A DNA stretch of 64,000 nucleotides from an uncultured Pseudomonadota bacterium (GTDB taxonomy: Bacteria > Oederibacteriota > Muellerivitia > Muellerivitales > Muellerivitaceae), in NCBI GenBank assembly GCA_963836235.1, contig CAWIIP010000002.1, forward strand, positions 1,408,001 through 1,472,000, written 5' to 3'. How positions within the stretch are numbered: the first letter of the stretch is position 1; each line of letters begins with the position of its first letter. A program made the translations under genes and the position numbers. Positions 1 through 13,381 of this stretch are shown in pieces. Under the pieces are notes generated by a model. The model ran no database searches, had not been told where the DNA came from, and worked only from the letters and a program-made list of their open reading frames with translations.

Positions 1-1376
1 AGCCATTACCTTTGGCAGCTCACGGAGAAAAAAACGGACAACCCCGACCAGCGTATCGCGGAGGACGTCCGGGACTTCGTCAGCAACAGTCTGGGCTTGA
101 CCCTGGGGCTCTTGAACCAAGTGGTCACTTTCTTCTCCTTCCTCACGATTCTCTGGACCATGTCCGGCCCCCTCGCCATTCCCCTGGGCGGAGGCAGGGT
201 CTTTTCCCTGCCGGGTTACATGGTCTGGGCCTGTTTGCTTTACTCCATCGGCGGTACCTGGCTGACCCACAAGATCGGACGGCCTTTGATAGGCCTCAAT
301 TACCAGCAGCAACTGTTGGAAGCCAACTTCCGTTTTGGGCTGGTGCGCCTGAGGGAAAACGGGGAAAGCGTGGCCTTGAGCAATGGGGAAAAAATGGAGG
401 AACAAAGCCTGAAAGGCCATTTTCAATGGGTCTTCGGAAACTTCCGCTCCATTATTTTTAAACAGCTCCACTTAGGCATGTTCACCAATGGATTCGGGCA
501 ATTGGCCCTGATCGTTCCTTTGGCGGTCGCCTCCCCCAATATTTCGCTAAGAAAATCGGAATCGGAGGGTTACAGCGGATTGGCGACGCTTTCGGCCAGG
601 TGCAGGGGGCGCTTTCCTGGGTCGTGAACAATTACGTGACGCTGGCTTATTGGCGCTCGGTCGTCGAACGTTTGGAAGGGTTTGAGGCGGAGGTGGACCG
701 CACCAAACAGATGCACGCCCAAGCCCAATCCATCCTGCGGTCCACACCGGCCCAAAACGGCATCCGTCTGGAACAAGTGGTCCTTTCCCTTCCCGGCAAT
801 CCCCATCCCCTCACCCAACCATTGGACATCGAGTTCAAGAAAGGGCAATCCATCCTCATCTCGGGTCCCTCGGGCTGTGGCAAAAGCACTCTGCTTCGGG
901 CCCTCTATGGTATCTGGCCCTTCACCCAGGGCCGGGTGACTTTGCCCGAAAAAGCCGAGGTCATGGTCATGCCCCAAAAGCCCTACCTGCCCGTGGGCAC
1001 CTTGAAGGCGGCTTTCACTTATCCGAAGGACGAATCCGAGATTCCGGATTCGGAAATTTTAAAGGTCCTCTCCCTTTGCCGCTTGGACCATTTGAAGGAC
1101 CGGCTGGCCCAACCCGAAAACTGGGCCTTGATTTTATCCGTGGGGGAACAGCAACGGGTGGCTTGGGCCCGGGTTTTTTTACAGAAGCCCCAATGGATCT
1201 TTCTGGATGAGGCCACCTCGGCCCTGGACGAGGATGCCCAGGATCGCCTTTACCGGGCCCTGAAGGAACAGTTGCCGGGGACGACCATGATCAGCGTGGC
1301 CCACCGCCAGAACCCCGCCGAACACCACCAGGCGGTCTGGAATATCCTTTCCGGCGAAAGCCCCAAACCGGCTTAA
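1..1376 (+). pseudogene. YddA/BacA(Rv1819c)-like ABC transporter, fused permease and ATPase; 5' end outside the window; frameshifted at about 533-537
   Basis: Frame 1 reads DNPDQRIAED...EANFRFGLVRLREN to ~540. It continues in another frame as YFAKKIGIGGLQRIGDAFGQVQGALSW, then Walker A GPSGCGKS, LSVGEQQR and LDEATSALD. One extra C in the C5 run restores a single ORF, so this may be an assembly error. Confidence 0.8.
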
Positions 1377-1387
1377 CCCCCGGTCTT

Positions 1388-3409
1388 TCAGGGATTGGGA
1401 GTGGAACTGGGCGTGGAAGGGATGGTCCCGCTCCAAGGAATGAGCCCGTTTTTGATTAAATCATGGGCCAGGATTCGGGCGAGAAAAGCGTGGCCATCGG
1501 AATTCATGTGGTCGTTTCCGCCAATTTCAGACATCGGAAAATAGGAAAGCCGCAAGGCGGTCATCTCGTCGTTGTCGTCCAGAAAAGGGATGTGGAATTT
1601 TTTAGCCAGGTCCGCCCAAATTTGGGGATCCTCCGCCACAGGCCGCGCCAGGCCCGTATGGGTAGACCAAAGCAGCAGCCGCACCGGCTGGCCGGCGGAG
1701 TTTTTCATCGCCGAGAGCTTTTGGTTCAGCAGGTCCAGGGGTTTCCCGTACATTTCCAACAGGAGCTCGTGGATTTCCGGGTCCGAGAAAAGACCGTCAT
1801 CGAAGACGAAGTTATTGCCCTGGACATGGACGAAATGCTTGGCCTTGCAGAGGTCGTAAAACTTCCTCGGCGCTCCCGGGGGTATCCTGGGCGCGGGGGG
1901 TTTGAGCATATATTCGATGTCGTTGGTGGCCGCGGGAATTCCCTCCGGCGTGATCGGGCGCAAGTAATAAAACTTAAAGGGATACTGCCCCTCGGGCGTG
2001 GGCGGTTGCATGATGATCACCAAATCGGCGTCTTCCATTTGCGCCACCGGCGGAACCCGGTAATAGGGCCATAGGAAAAGGGGGATGGAAGCGGAATCCG
2101 AATAGCGCATGACCTCGAAATTCACCGGGGCGTCCTCCAGCGAGGCGAGGAGGTTGAGTTCCTGTTCCAGCCGGTGGGAAAAGGTCACCTCAGGTGGATA
2201 GTTATCCCCGATATGCGTGTTGTAACTGGTCTTGAATTGGTAGCCGATGATCATGACCGACCGGGAGTCCCCCACCAAAAGAATCCGGAAGGTACGGGGA
2301 GGTTTGCGGAGGGGGGATTCGATGGTTCCGATATTTCCGTTGATATCCTGGTTGCCGTATAAATCCCGAACGGAAGTGACCAGGTTCCAAAGCGGATTGA
2401 CGATGTAAAGCTTTCGCGGCTCCGAGGGGTCGGAGGCGAACCCCACCGGCGTCAGGAGGCCTATTCGGTTGAAGGATGCGAGCCACATTCCCGGGTCCGG
2501 GATGTTGTCCCCCCAAATGGAAGTAAAAGAAACGGGTTCGTTGCGCGGCAAAAGGCGTTGCAGGGGGGCTTGATCCCCGCCCTGGAGGGCGTAAAGGTAA
2601 TCACCGCTCCCCACCAGGGCCAGAATACCGCCCTGGGTTTGGGCGGCTGAAACCGGGCCCGACAAGGCGCCGTCCTTCCAATCGAAGGAATAGACCTGGG
2701 CCTGCGCGTTCACGTCCAGGTAGAGCCGGTCCCCAGCGGCGCAAAGAACATCTGGATGGACGATTCCCATCGTGCCAAGGGGCACTAGGGAAACTTGGCC
2801 TGTCTTCAAATCCAGCCTTTTCAGCGAATCCTTTCCCGCCTGGGTGAAGAAAAGGGATCCAGCCCCCGGCAGATAGGCCATCTCCTGGAGGCCTTCCACG
2901 GAAACCAAGGAAGCGGGACCTTCGGTCAGGGTGGCGGGAGCGCCTCCGGCGAGCGTGGAGACAATTCCTTTCGTCAAATCAATCAGGCGCAACCTTTTAT
3001 TCCCGGATTCGTAGACCACCAGTTGTTCGCCCTCGAGGTAAGCCAGGGCCTGGGGATGGTTGAAGAGGGCGGAATCCAGGGGGCCATCCTTCTGGCCCGG
3101 CTGGTCCTGTCCGGTAAGGGTGGTGACCGAATTTTTTTGGTCTAAATGGATGATCCTGATCCGGTTGTTGCCCGAATCCGCCACGAAGAGCCGGGTGCCG
3201 TCCGTACTGGCCGCCATCCCCAGGGGTTTCTTGAAAAGGGCCGAAGTAAAGCTGCCGTCCCGGAAACCCGCTGTTCCTTCCCCCGCCGCCAAAGCGATGG
3301 GACAAGAAATAGGCCGAAGGGCCCATCCGGCCTGCGGAAGGACCGCGCCTAGGCAAATGAAAGGGAGAAGAAGCCGGTAATGAGGGGATCGATTTTTTGA
3401 GTGAACCAT
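1388..3409 (-). CDS. Secreted NHL-repeat beta-propeller fused to an SGNH/GDSL hydrolase-like domain
   Basis: Signal peptide; NHL motifs (GFRDG..ALFKKPLGMA..LFVADSGNNRIR; ALFNHPQALA); C-terminal ILLVGDS and NDHMNSDGH SGNH-type motifs. Confidence 0.7.
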   Translation of the reverse strand: MVHSKNRSPHYRLLLPFICLGAVLPQAGWALRPISCPIALAAGEGTAGFRDGSFTSALFKKPLGMAASTDGTRLFVADSGNNRIRIIHLDQKNSVTTLTGQDQPGQKDGPLDSALFNHPQALAYLEGEQLVVYESGNKRLRLIDLTKGIVSTLAGGAPATLTEGPASLVSVEGLQEMAYLPGAGSLFFTQAGKDSLKRLDLKTGQVSLVPLGTMGIVHPDVLCAAGDRLYLDVNAQAQVYSFDWKDGALSGPVSAAQTQGGILALVGSGDYLYALQGGDQAPLQRLLPRNEPVSFTSIWGDNIPDPGMWLASFNRIGLLTPVGFASDPSEPRKLYIVNPLWNLVTSVRDLYGNQDINGNIGTIESPLRKPPRTFRILLVGDSRSVMIIGYQFKTSYNTHIGDNYPPEVTFSHRLEQELNLLASLEDAPVNFEVMRYSDSASIPLFLWPYYRVPPVAQMEDADLVIIMQPPTPEGQYPFKFYYLRPITPEGIPAATNDIEYMLKPPAPRIPPGAPRKFYDLCKAKHFVHVQGNNFVFDDGLFSDPEIHELLLEMYGKPLDLLNQKLSAMKNSAGQPVRLLLWSTHTGLARPVAEDPQIWADLAKKFHIPFLDDNDEMTALRLSYFPMSEIGGNDHMNSDGHAFLARILAHDLIKNGLIPWSGTIPSTPSSTPNP

Positions 3410-3528
3410 GGGTTAGGGTCCTCTTGATTCCCCTGGAAGAATAAATATTCCCGGCCCTGAGGTGAATGGAAAGCTAAAAAACCGGGGGAGGTTCAGGATT
3501 CCTGGAAAATCAGTAAGCTGATTTTAAA

Positions 3529-6500
3529 CTATTCGATGAGTTCCCCGTCGGTTTCCTTGCCCTTCATGGGTTTGGAGGCGTCCAATCCACCGGGGGGTAT
3601 CCCCGGCGCCGGAGGCTTCGGCATTCCCGGGGGCGGCAAAGAAGCGCCTGGCATCGGGGGTTTAGGGGCGCCCACATTCAATTTCATCCCATCCATGCTA
3701 TCCATATCAAGGATTCCCGGCGGCGGTGTCGTCGGTTTGATGTTGGTAGGAATAACTTTTGGCGCGACTGGAGGGGCTCCGGGCATTCCGGGGATCCCCA
3801 AAGAGGGGGGCACTGGAGGAGCGGCGGGCTTGGGGGCCATCGGCGGAATTCCGGGTATTCCCGGCACTGAAGGGGCGGCGGGTTTTGGAGCCATGGAAGG
3901 AGCCCCAACGGGTGGAACCGGGGATTTCGCCCCGAGCCCCGCCTGCGGTGAGCTTGTCGAACCCGCCGAGGGGTTAGGGATAGTGGGCATACCCGGAATG
4001 GAAATGGGAGGTTTGGGAGCGCCTAAAGGGGGTATAGAAGGAATCGAAGGGCCGCCACTTGGAGGAATTCCCGGAACCCCCGTGGAAGGCGGACCGGGTT
4101 TCTTTTCCATTAAAGAGTCCAACAAGTTGGAGGTGGAACTGGATGGTTTAAGCCCCGGTACCATCGGGGGGGGTGGGGCCCCCGCGGCCGGACCCGGCGG
4201 AACGGTTGTTGGGGAAGGCGGCTTCAGACCCGGCGCGGTCACCGGCGGGACTTTGGCAATGAGGGAATCCAGTAATCCGGGAGTGGTTGGTTTTGGCCCG
4301 GGAACCCCGGCGGGGGGAACTGGACCCAAGGGTTTGGGGGCACCCAGAGGTGGAACGGCTGGTTTGAAGAGGCCCAGTCCGGCATCTGGTGATGCTGGTG
4401 GAACAATAGGCGATACCCCGATGGACGGCTTGGGTCCAAGGCCCATCGGGGGAATGGGAACCTCGCCGGGCTTTTTAATCTTCATCGGGAAAGTGAGGAT
4501 CATCCGGGTTCCAGGATCGCCCTTTTCTGCCACGGCCCCGCCGCCATGGGCGGCCAAGATGGTTTTCACCAATGCGAACTTGAGCCCCGTTCCGGCCAGC
4601 TGGGTCGAGGCTGGGTGCTTGGGATCGTAAAACTCGTCGAACAACCGCGGCAAACTTTCAGGGACGACGACCAGGCCCGGGTCCTGGATCGTGACCTTCA
4701 CGTTTTCGCCGAGGGGTTCCACTGTGATGGGGATACTGGACCCGCGAGGGGCGTCCTTGATCATCTGCAGGTAAAGAATGTTCCACAACTGGGTAAAGCG
4801 GCGGCGCACGACGGGGATCTTGGGAATCGTCCCTTTGGTCTCGACCTTCATTTTGATGTTTTTCACTTCGGACTGGGCCTGGAAGTTGAAGGCCAATCCC
4901 TCGATTTCCGAGGCCAGGTTGATTTCCTCGTATTGGGCCTTGGCTTGCTCGATCTCGACTTGGTAGATGTCCACCAGGTCGTTGATGAATTTTTCCAGCC
5001 GGGCGGAGCGGTTGATGACCATCCCGAGAAATTCCTGCTGCTTCTCGTTGATGCCGCCTTGGGTGGATCCCAGCGCCGAGGAAACATATCCCTTGATGAT
5101 GCCCAAGGTCGTTTTCAATTCTTCCGACATGGTGCGGATGGCCGCCGCCCGAACTTGCGAAACCTGGATGGCCGAGGAAGAGGCGACCACCGAAAGCAGT
5201 TTGCCTTCCATTTCCTTCAATTGGGTTTCGAACTGGGCCTGCGCCTGGGTAAGCTTTTGCTGGACATCGGCTTTTCCCTCTTCCGCCGTGGCGGCCTGGC
5301 CCTTGAGTTTCGCGATTTCCGCCTTGGCCTGGTCGGTTTGGTTGCGGAGCCCTTCCGACATTCCTTTCAAGGCGTCCAGTTCCTTGAGCTTGTCGTTGAG
5401 CTGTTGGTTCTTCTCGTTCGCCTCGTTCTTGGCTGCGGTGGCCTGTTGTTGGGCGGCGGCGACTTGGTTGGCGGCTTCCTTTGATTTCGCTTCCACTTCC
5501 GCGCGGCCGCGTCGGAGGGCTTCTTCTTTTTCCTGGTTGGCCTGCTGCTTATCCTCTTCCAATTTTTGAAGGAGCAGGGAGGCGGCCTGAACCATTTGTC
5601 CCACCTCGTCGTTTCCGAAAGCCTTGGCCGATTGGGCGGAAAGTTCGGCGTTTCCTTGGGCCGCGTTGAGGACTAGGGCGCTGGCCTTGCGCAGGGGCTT
5701 GAGAATCATCCCCAGGCAAAGGGAACCCACCAGCAGTATCCAGCCCAGCGACGCGACCGCGGCGATGCCGATCATGAAGCCTGTGGGGGCCTGAACTATT
5801 TCCTGCAACCGCTGGACGCCGGAGTGGGCGACGGGGGCCGAAACCGGCGAGGGAGGCTGCAGAACCGAGAAAGGAACCACATGGACGATGCCGAAAGCCT
5901 TGAGCCCCACATAGGAATAAATGGCGGCGGAAAGGGGTGGATTCAGTTCCGAGCCGCTGAGTTTTCCCATGAGGGCCTGTTGCACATGGGTCAGCCAGGC
6001 TTCCTGATTGGGATTAAAAGCGGTCTGCAATTTGGCGGGGTTGGAATGGTAAAAATATTGTCCCGAATCGGCGTCGAGAAGGAATATCTCTCCGCTTTTG
6101 GGATCGATGTCCCGGAAGAAATAAGAAAGATTAAGGACCGCCTGGACGACCGACTTGGAATCCAGCGGAATGGAAAAAATAAAAGCCGGATAGTTGAGCC
6201 TTTGGGTGTAGAAAAGGTCCGTCTTGCCGCCGTTGTCCTTGAATTTGGAAATCATTTTTTGGAATTCTTCGGAAGAGCCATAGGAAGGATCGGCCAGTTG
6301 GGCGGTGGCAGGGATGGTTTTTTGCAGTTTGCCATCCATGCTTAAAACAGCGACCCCTGCCAGCCCGGGATGAGATTTCACGAAATTGTCCAAGTCTTCG
6401 TCCGAATGGTTGGCCACCAGCCCGGTAACGCTTTGGTAGGTCCCTTCGATGGCGGCTTTGAGGGTGGAGGACATGGTGGAAAGCTGGGATTGAAGAATCG

Positions 6501-6654
6501 GGATAGTGGTTTGAAGGGCGTTGGTATTGACGGTGCTGGCGGAGGAGGGCGCCGCCGGCTTTTCAATGTAGGCCATCCAATAATAAACACCCGCCAAGGC
6601 AAGCAGGGGCAGAACCCCGATCAGGAAAAGGGTGAGGAAATATTTACTTTTCAC
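3529..6654 (-). CDS. Membrane pseudo-histidine kinase: TM, Cache-like, TM, HAMP, coiled coil, degenerate HisKA/HATPase, Pro-rich tail
   Basis: Two TM helices; HAMP (PLRK...NDEVGQM); H-box reads SEELKTTL with no His; N-box lost; ~300-aa Pro/Gly tail. Probable GTG start at 6654 overlaps the gyrA stop. Confidence 0.75.
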   Translation of the reverse strand: MKSKYFLTLFLIGVLPLLALAGVYYWMAYIEKPAAPSSASTVNTNALQTTIPILQSQLSTMSSTLKAAIEGTYQSVTGLVANHSDEDLDNFVKSHPGLAGVAVLSMDGKLQKTIPATAQLADPSYGSSEEFQKMISKFKDNGGKTDLFYTQRLNYPAFIFSIPLDSKSVVQAVLNLSYFFRDIDPKSGEIFLLDADSGQYFYHSNPAKLQTAFNPNQEAWLTHVQQALMGKLSGSELNPPLSAAIYSYVGLKAFGIVHVVPFSVLQPPSPVSAPVAHSGVQRLQEIVQAPTGFMIGIAAVASLGWILLVGSLCLGMILKPLRKASALVLNAAQGNAELSAQSAKAFGNDEVGQMVQAASLLLQKLEEDKQQANQEKEEALRRGRAEVEAKSKEAANQVAAAQQQATAAKNEANEKNQQLNDKLKELDALKGMSEGLRNQTDQAKAEIAKLKGQAATAEEGKADVQQKLTQAQAQFETQLKEMEGKLLSVVASSSAIQVSQVRAAAIRTMSEELKTTLGIIKGYVSSALGSTQGGINEKQQEFLGMVINRSARLEKFINDLVDIYQVEIEQAKAQYEEINLASEIEGLAFNFQAQSEVKNIKMKVETKGTIPKIPVVRRRFTQLWNILYLQMIKDAPRGSSIPITVEPLGENVKVTIQDPGLVVVPESLPRLFDEFYDPKHPASTQLAGTGLKFALVKTILAAHGGGAVAEKGDPGTRMILTFPMKIKKPGEVPIPPMGLGPKPSIGVSPIVPPASPDAGLGLFKPAVPPLGAPKPLGPVPPAGVPGPKPTTPGLLDSLIAKVPPVTAPGLKPPSPTTVPPGPAAGAPPPPMVPGLKPSSSTSNLLDSLMEKKPGPPSTGVPGIPPSGGPSIPSIPPLGAPKPPISIPGMPTIPNPSAGSTSSPQAGLGAKSPVPPVGAPSMAPKPAAPSVPGIPGIPPMAPKPAAPPVPPSLGIPGMPGAPPVAPKVIPTNIKPTTPPPGILDMDSMDGMKLNVGAPKPPMPGASLPPPGMPKPPAPGIPPGGLDASKPMKGKETDGELIE

Positions 6655-9196
6655 TTCCCGCTCCTCCCTCGCCTTCCTCATCCTTAGGCACGTTGACCAC
6701 CGAGACTAACCGGTCGTCGTCGCCCATTTTAATCAAACGGACGCCTTGCGCCAGACGTCCCGTGGTTTTTATTTCTTTCACTCTCTGCCGGATGACCTTG
6801 CCTTCCTTGGTCATGGCGATGATTTCGTCCTCGTCGCCCACGGAGGTGATGCTGATGGCCAGCCCGTTTTTGGCGGTCGTCTTAATGTTGAGGATACCCT
6901 TGCCGCCTCTCCCCTGCCGGCGGTAGGCCGACAGTTTGGTGCGCTTTCCATAGCCCTTTTCGGTGGCGGTTAAAATGGATTTTCCCTCACGGACCACTTC
7001 CATACCGATCACGAGGTCGTTCTTGGCCAGGCGGATGCCACGGACACCCTTGCCAGCCCGGCCCACTTCCCTGACCTGTTTTTCCTGGAAGCGAATGCTT
7101 TTTCCCTGCTTGGTGGCCAGGAAGATGTCCTGTTTTCCATCGGTGATCCAGGCGGAGACCAGGCTATCCCCCTTGCCTAAGGTAATGGCGATAATGCCAC
7201 CCGCCCGGGGCTTGTCGAAAGCCGAAAGCAAAGTGTTCTTGATGAGACCGTCCCGGGTGGCCATGAGAATGCTATTTTTCTCGGTGAATTCCTTCACCGG
7301 CAGGACGGCTGAGATTTTTTCGCCCTCGCCCAGCTTCAGCACGTTGGCCAGGGCCGTGCCCTTGGCGTAGCGGGAGGATTCGGGAATTTCGTAAACCTTC
7401 AGCCAATGCACCTTGCCGAAGCTAGTGAAGATGAGCAGGAAGTCGTGGGTGGAAGCGGTGTACATGCGTTCGATGAAGTCTTCCTCCCGCATGGTAGCGC
7501 CCGCCACGCCCTTGCCGCCCCGGCGTTGCTTGTGATAGGAGTCGACCGGAATGCGCTTGATGTAACCGGCGTGCGAAAGGGTGATGACTCCCTGTTCGTC
7601 CTCGATCAGATCTTCCACTTTAAGGTCTTCGGCCTTGCCGATGATCTCACTTCGGCGGGGGTCCGCGTACTTGGTCTTGATTTCAGTGAGCTCGTCCTTG
7701 ATGACCTGCCAGAGTTTTTTCTCGGAGCCCAGGATGCCCTTGAGCATCTCGATGGTCTTAATGATTTCTTTGTACTCTTCCTCGATCTTCTTGATTTCCA
7801 GGTTGGTCAATTGGCGTAGTTGCATTTCCAAGATGGCCTGGGCTTGGATGGCCGACAAGTCAAAATTACTGATAAGGGCGGCCTTTGCTTCGTCGGTGGA
7901 CTTGCTGGCGCGGATGGTCTTGATGACCTTGTCCAGGTTGTCGATGGCGATGCGCAAGCCCTCGAGGATATGGGCGCGCTTCTCGGCCTTGTCCAAATCG
8001 AACTTGGTGCGGCGGATGACCACTTCTTTGCGGTGCTCCAGGTAATGATAGAGGAGGCCTTTCAAATTGAGGACCCGCGGCTGCCCGTTGACGAGCGCCA
8101 GCATGATGATTCCGAACGACGTGCGAAGGGAGGTCTGGGTGAGGAGGTTGTTCAACACTACTTGGGCGTTCATGTTCTTTGAAACTTCGATGACGATGCG
8201 CATGCCGTCGCGGTCGGACTCATCCCGGAGGTCGGTGATGCCTTCCATTTTCTTGTCTCGCACCAACTCGGCGATTTTTTCGATCAGTTGCGCCTTGTTG
8301 ACCTGGTAAGGCAGTTCGGAAACGATGACTCGCTCCCGGTCTTTCTTGTCGGTCTCCACCGCGGCCTTGGCCTGCATGCGCACTGATCCCCGCCCCGTGG
8401 TGTAGGCCTCAACGATTCCCTCTCGGCCCAGGATGTAACCACCAGTGGGAAAATCCGGCCCATGGATAAACTTGATGAGATCCTTGACGGTGGCTTCGGG
8501 ATGGTCGATCAGGTGCATCAATCCGTCGATCACTTCCCCCAGGTTGTGCGGTGGGACGTTGGTGGCCATACCGACCGCGATACCGGTGGAGCCGTTGACG
8601 AGGAAGTTGGGAAATGCGCAAGGCAGGACCAGGGGCTCTTCGCGGGTATTGTCATAGTTGGGGACGAAATCGACGGTATTCTTATCGATGTCCTTCAGGA
8701 GCTCTTCGGACAAGGGCGACATGCGCACTTCGGTGTAACGTTCGGCGGCGGGCGGATCCCCGTCGATGGAGCCGAAGTTCCCCTGCCCGTCAACCAGCAC
8801 GTAGCGCATGGAGAAATCCTGCGCCAATCGGACGATGGTGTCGTAGACCGAGGCGGTTCCGTGGGGATGGTAGTTACCCGTGACGTCGCCGGTGACCTTA
8901 GCCGATTTGCGATAGGGCTTGCGGGAGGTCAAGCTTAAGTCGTGCATGCCCATGAAAATGCGGCGATGGACTGGCTTTAGTCCGTCCCGAACGTCGGGCA
9001 GCGCGCGGCCCACGATGACGCTCATAGCGTAATCGAGGTAGGAATCCTTCATCTCGTTTTCGATGTCCGTCGAGACGATGTTCCCGCGGTTGATATCCCC
9101 GCCCTCGCCGCCCGCGGCGGGCGGGTTCTTCCCTGGCGGAAGTTGGTCGTTGCCGTCGTTCTGCGGGGTTTCTTTTTTCTTTTTCAGCCGGGCCAT
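6644..9196 (-). CDS. gyrA: DNA gyrase subunit A
   Basis: [33 protein letters not shown], catalytic AAERYTE, GyrA-box QRRGGKG. Confidence 0.98.
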   Translation of the reverse strand: MARLKKKKETPQNDGNDQLPPGKNPPAAGGEGGDINRGNIVSTDIENEMKDSYLDYAMSVIVGRALPDVRDGLKPVHRRIFMGMHDLSLTSRKPYRKSAKVTGDVTGNYHPHGTASVYDTIVRLAQDFSMRYVLVDGQGNFGSIDGDPPAAERYTEVRMSPLSEELLKDIDKNTVDFVPNYDNTREEPLVLPCAFPNFLVNGSTGIAVGMATNVPPHNLGEVIDGLMHLIDHPEATVKDLIKFIHGPDFPTGGYILGREGIVEAYTTGRGSVRMQAKAAVETDKKDRERVIVSELPYQVNKAQLIEKIAELVRDKKMEGITDLRDESDRDGMRIVIEVSKNMNAQVVLNNLLTQTSLRTSFGIIMLALVNGQPRVLNLKGLLYHYLEHRKEVVIRRTKFDLDKAEKRAHILEGLRIAIDNLDKVIKTIRASKSTDEAKAALISNFDLSAIQAQAILEMQLRQLTNLEIKKIEEEYKEIIKTIEMLKGILGSEKKLWQVIKDELTEIKTKYADPRRSEIIGKAEDLKVEDLIEDEQGVITLSHAGYIKRIPVDSYHKQRRGGKGVAGATMREEDFIERMYTASTHDFLLIFTSFGKVHWLKVYEIPESSRYAKGTALANVLKLGEGEKISAVLPVKEFTEKNSILMATRDGLIKNTLLSAFDKPRAGGIIAITLGKGDSLVSAWITDGKQDIFLATKQGKSIRFQEKQVREVGRAGKGVRGIRLAKNDLVIGMEVVREGKSILTATEKGYGKRTKLSAYRRQGRGGKGILNIKTTAKNGLAISITSVGDEDEIIAMTKEGKVIRQRVKEIKTTGRLAQGVRLIKMGDDDRLVSVVNVPKDEEGEGGAGSEK

Positions 9197-9223
9197 GTCG
9201 TTCCTTTAAAACCAATTTTGAAT

Positions 9224-11917
<2,694 letters not shown>

Positions 11918-11926
11918 AATGGATAA

Positions 11927-12253
11927 CTACGCCTTTGAGCCTCTCGACAACGTCAAAGCCAGCGTCTTGATCCCGATTTCAGGAAATTCCTTCTGCAGTT
12001 TTTGAAGAATTTCCACTTTTCGGAAATTCACTTCGTTCATCCAAATGGAATGGTTAAAAGCCATTTGGACCGTGCGGCCCTTGAGATCGACTCCCGTCAG
12101 GGCTTTCGACGCTTTATCCCCCAGCACTTCCCTGCACTTTTTCTCCACGCGGAACTTTTCGAAATCACCCTTAACCCCCAAGGTCTGAAGGGCGCCTTCC
12201 AAAAGCGCGCCGACTTCCACCAACCCGCCTTGATGCTTTTTTCTGCGGCGCAT
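11927..12253 (-). CDS. dciA: DciA/DUF721 family replicative helicase loader-like protein
   Basis: Canonical position between recF and gyrB; NHSIWMNEVNFRKVEILQKL resembles the DUF721 motif. Confidence 0.75.
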   Translation of the reverse strand: MRRRKKHQGGLVEVGALLEGALQTLGVKGDFEKFRVEKKCREVLGDKASKALTGVDLKGRTVQMAFNHSIWMNEVNFRKVEILQKLQKEFPEIGIKTLALTLSRGSKA

Positions 12254-12262
12254 AGCGACCTT

Positions 12263-13381
12263 TTAGGAAGCGGGACCCTCTTGGGTCATCGCCACTTGTC
12301 CTTTTTCCACCCGGAAGATCCTGGCCTTTTGCGAGGCCGCCGAAAAATCATGGGCGGAGGTTCCGGTTAAAAAAGCCTGGCCCCCCTGTTGTAAGCGGTT
12401 CAGGAAAAAAGCCCGGCGCTTCTCATCCAACTCGGCCATCACGTCATCAAATAATATCAGGGGCGCCGTGTGGCAACCCTCGGTCAAAAGGGACAACTGC
12501 GCCAGCTTCAGCGCCAAGGCTCCCGTTCTTTGCTGGCCCTGGCTTCCGAACTTGCGCAAAGGCTTTCCGTTCACCCAGAGTCCCAAATCATCCCTGTGAG
12601 GCCCAACCACCGTCACGCCCCGGGCCAGTTCTTCCCTTCGGGCTTGAATTAAAGCCTGAAGCATGATTTCTTTCAGAGACCCTGTGCCGCCATCCAAGGA
12701 AAGACAAGGTTCATACCGAACTTCAAATTTTTCGACACCGCCCGTTAAATCTTTAAGTGCCTGTCCCGCGAATTCCGAAAGCCGCTGGGCCATTTCCGCC
12801 CGTTTAAGAATCAGTGCTGCCCCATGTTCGGCCAAAGGTGCGTCCCAAACCGCCAACTGGGATTCCAAGTTGGGAACTCTTTGGCGCAAGAGGGAATTGC
12901 GTTGTTTTAAAGTTCGCTCATATTGTTGAAAGTGTCCTAAATATCCTTCATCCATTTGAAGGATCGTTACGTCCAGGTAGCGCCGTCTCAAAGCCGGCCC
13001 TCCCTTGACCAAAAACAAGTCATCCGGCGAAAAAACCACCGCTGGCAGGCGGCCCAGAAGGGAAGAGAGTTTCTTTTGTTTCTTGCCGTTGACGAGGAGG
13101 GCTTTGTTCTTGTCCCTTCTCAATTCCAGTCGGATTTGTTCCTGTCCCTCTTCTCGTTGCAAAAGTCCTTCAATCGCTCCCGCTTCTTGGCCAAACTGGA
13201 TCATTTCCTCGTCCGAAGCCGCCCGAAAGGAACGAGTGGTCGAAAGACAATAGAGTCCTTCTAAGATGTTGGTTTTTCCCTGGGCATTGGACCCCAAAAA
13301 GAGATTCAGTTGCGGGTGGAACCCAACCTCCAAGGATTCATAATTTCGAAAATGGGAAAACCGTAAGGAGCAAACATGCAC
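12263..13381 (-). CDS. recF: DNA replication/repair protein RecF
   Basis: FRNY, GSNAQGKTNILE, FSPDDL, GPHRDDL, GSQGQQR, DDVMAELD. Confidence 0.97.
   Translation of the reverse strand: MHVCSLRFSHFRNYESLEVGFHPQLNLFLGSNAQGKTNILEGLYCLSTTRSFRAASDEEMIQFGQEAGAIEGLLQREEGQEQIRLELRRDKNKALLVNGKKQKKLSSLLGRLPAVVFSPDDLFLVKGGPALRRRYLDVTILQMDEGYLGHFQQYERTLKQRNSLLRQRVPNLESQLAVWDAPLAEHGAALILKRAEMAQRLSEFAGQALKDLTGGVEKFEVRYEPCLSLDGGTGSLKEIMLQALIQARREELARGVTVVGPHRDDLGLWVNGKPLRKFGSQGQQRTGALALKLAQLSLLTEGCHTAPLILFDDVMAELDEKRRAFFLNRLQQGGQAFLTGTSAHDFSAASQKARIFRVEKGQVAMTQEGPAS

Noticed and set aside
3536-5569. Plus-strand ORFs of 364, 312 and 200 aa
   Set aside because: Antisense to the pseudo-kinase; stop-poor because of GC-rich Pro/Gly codons
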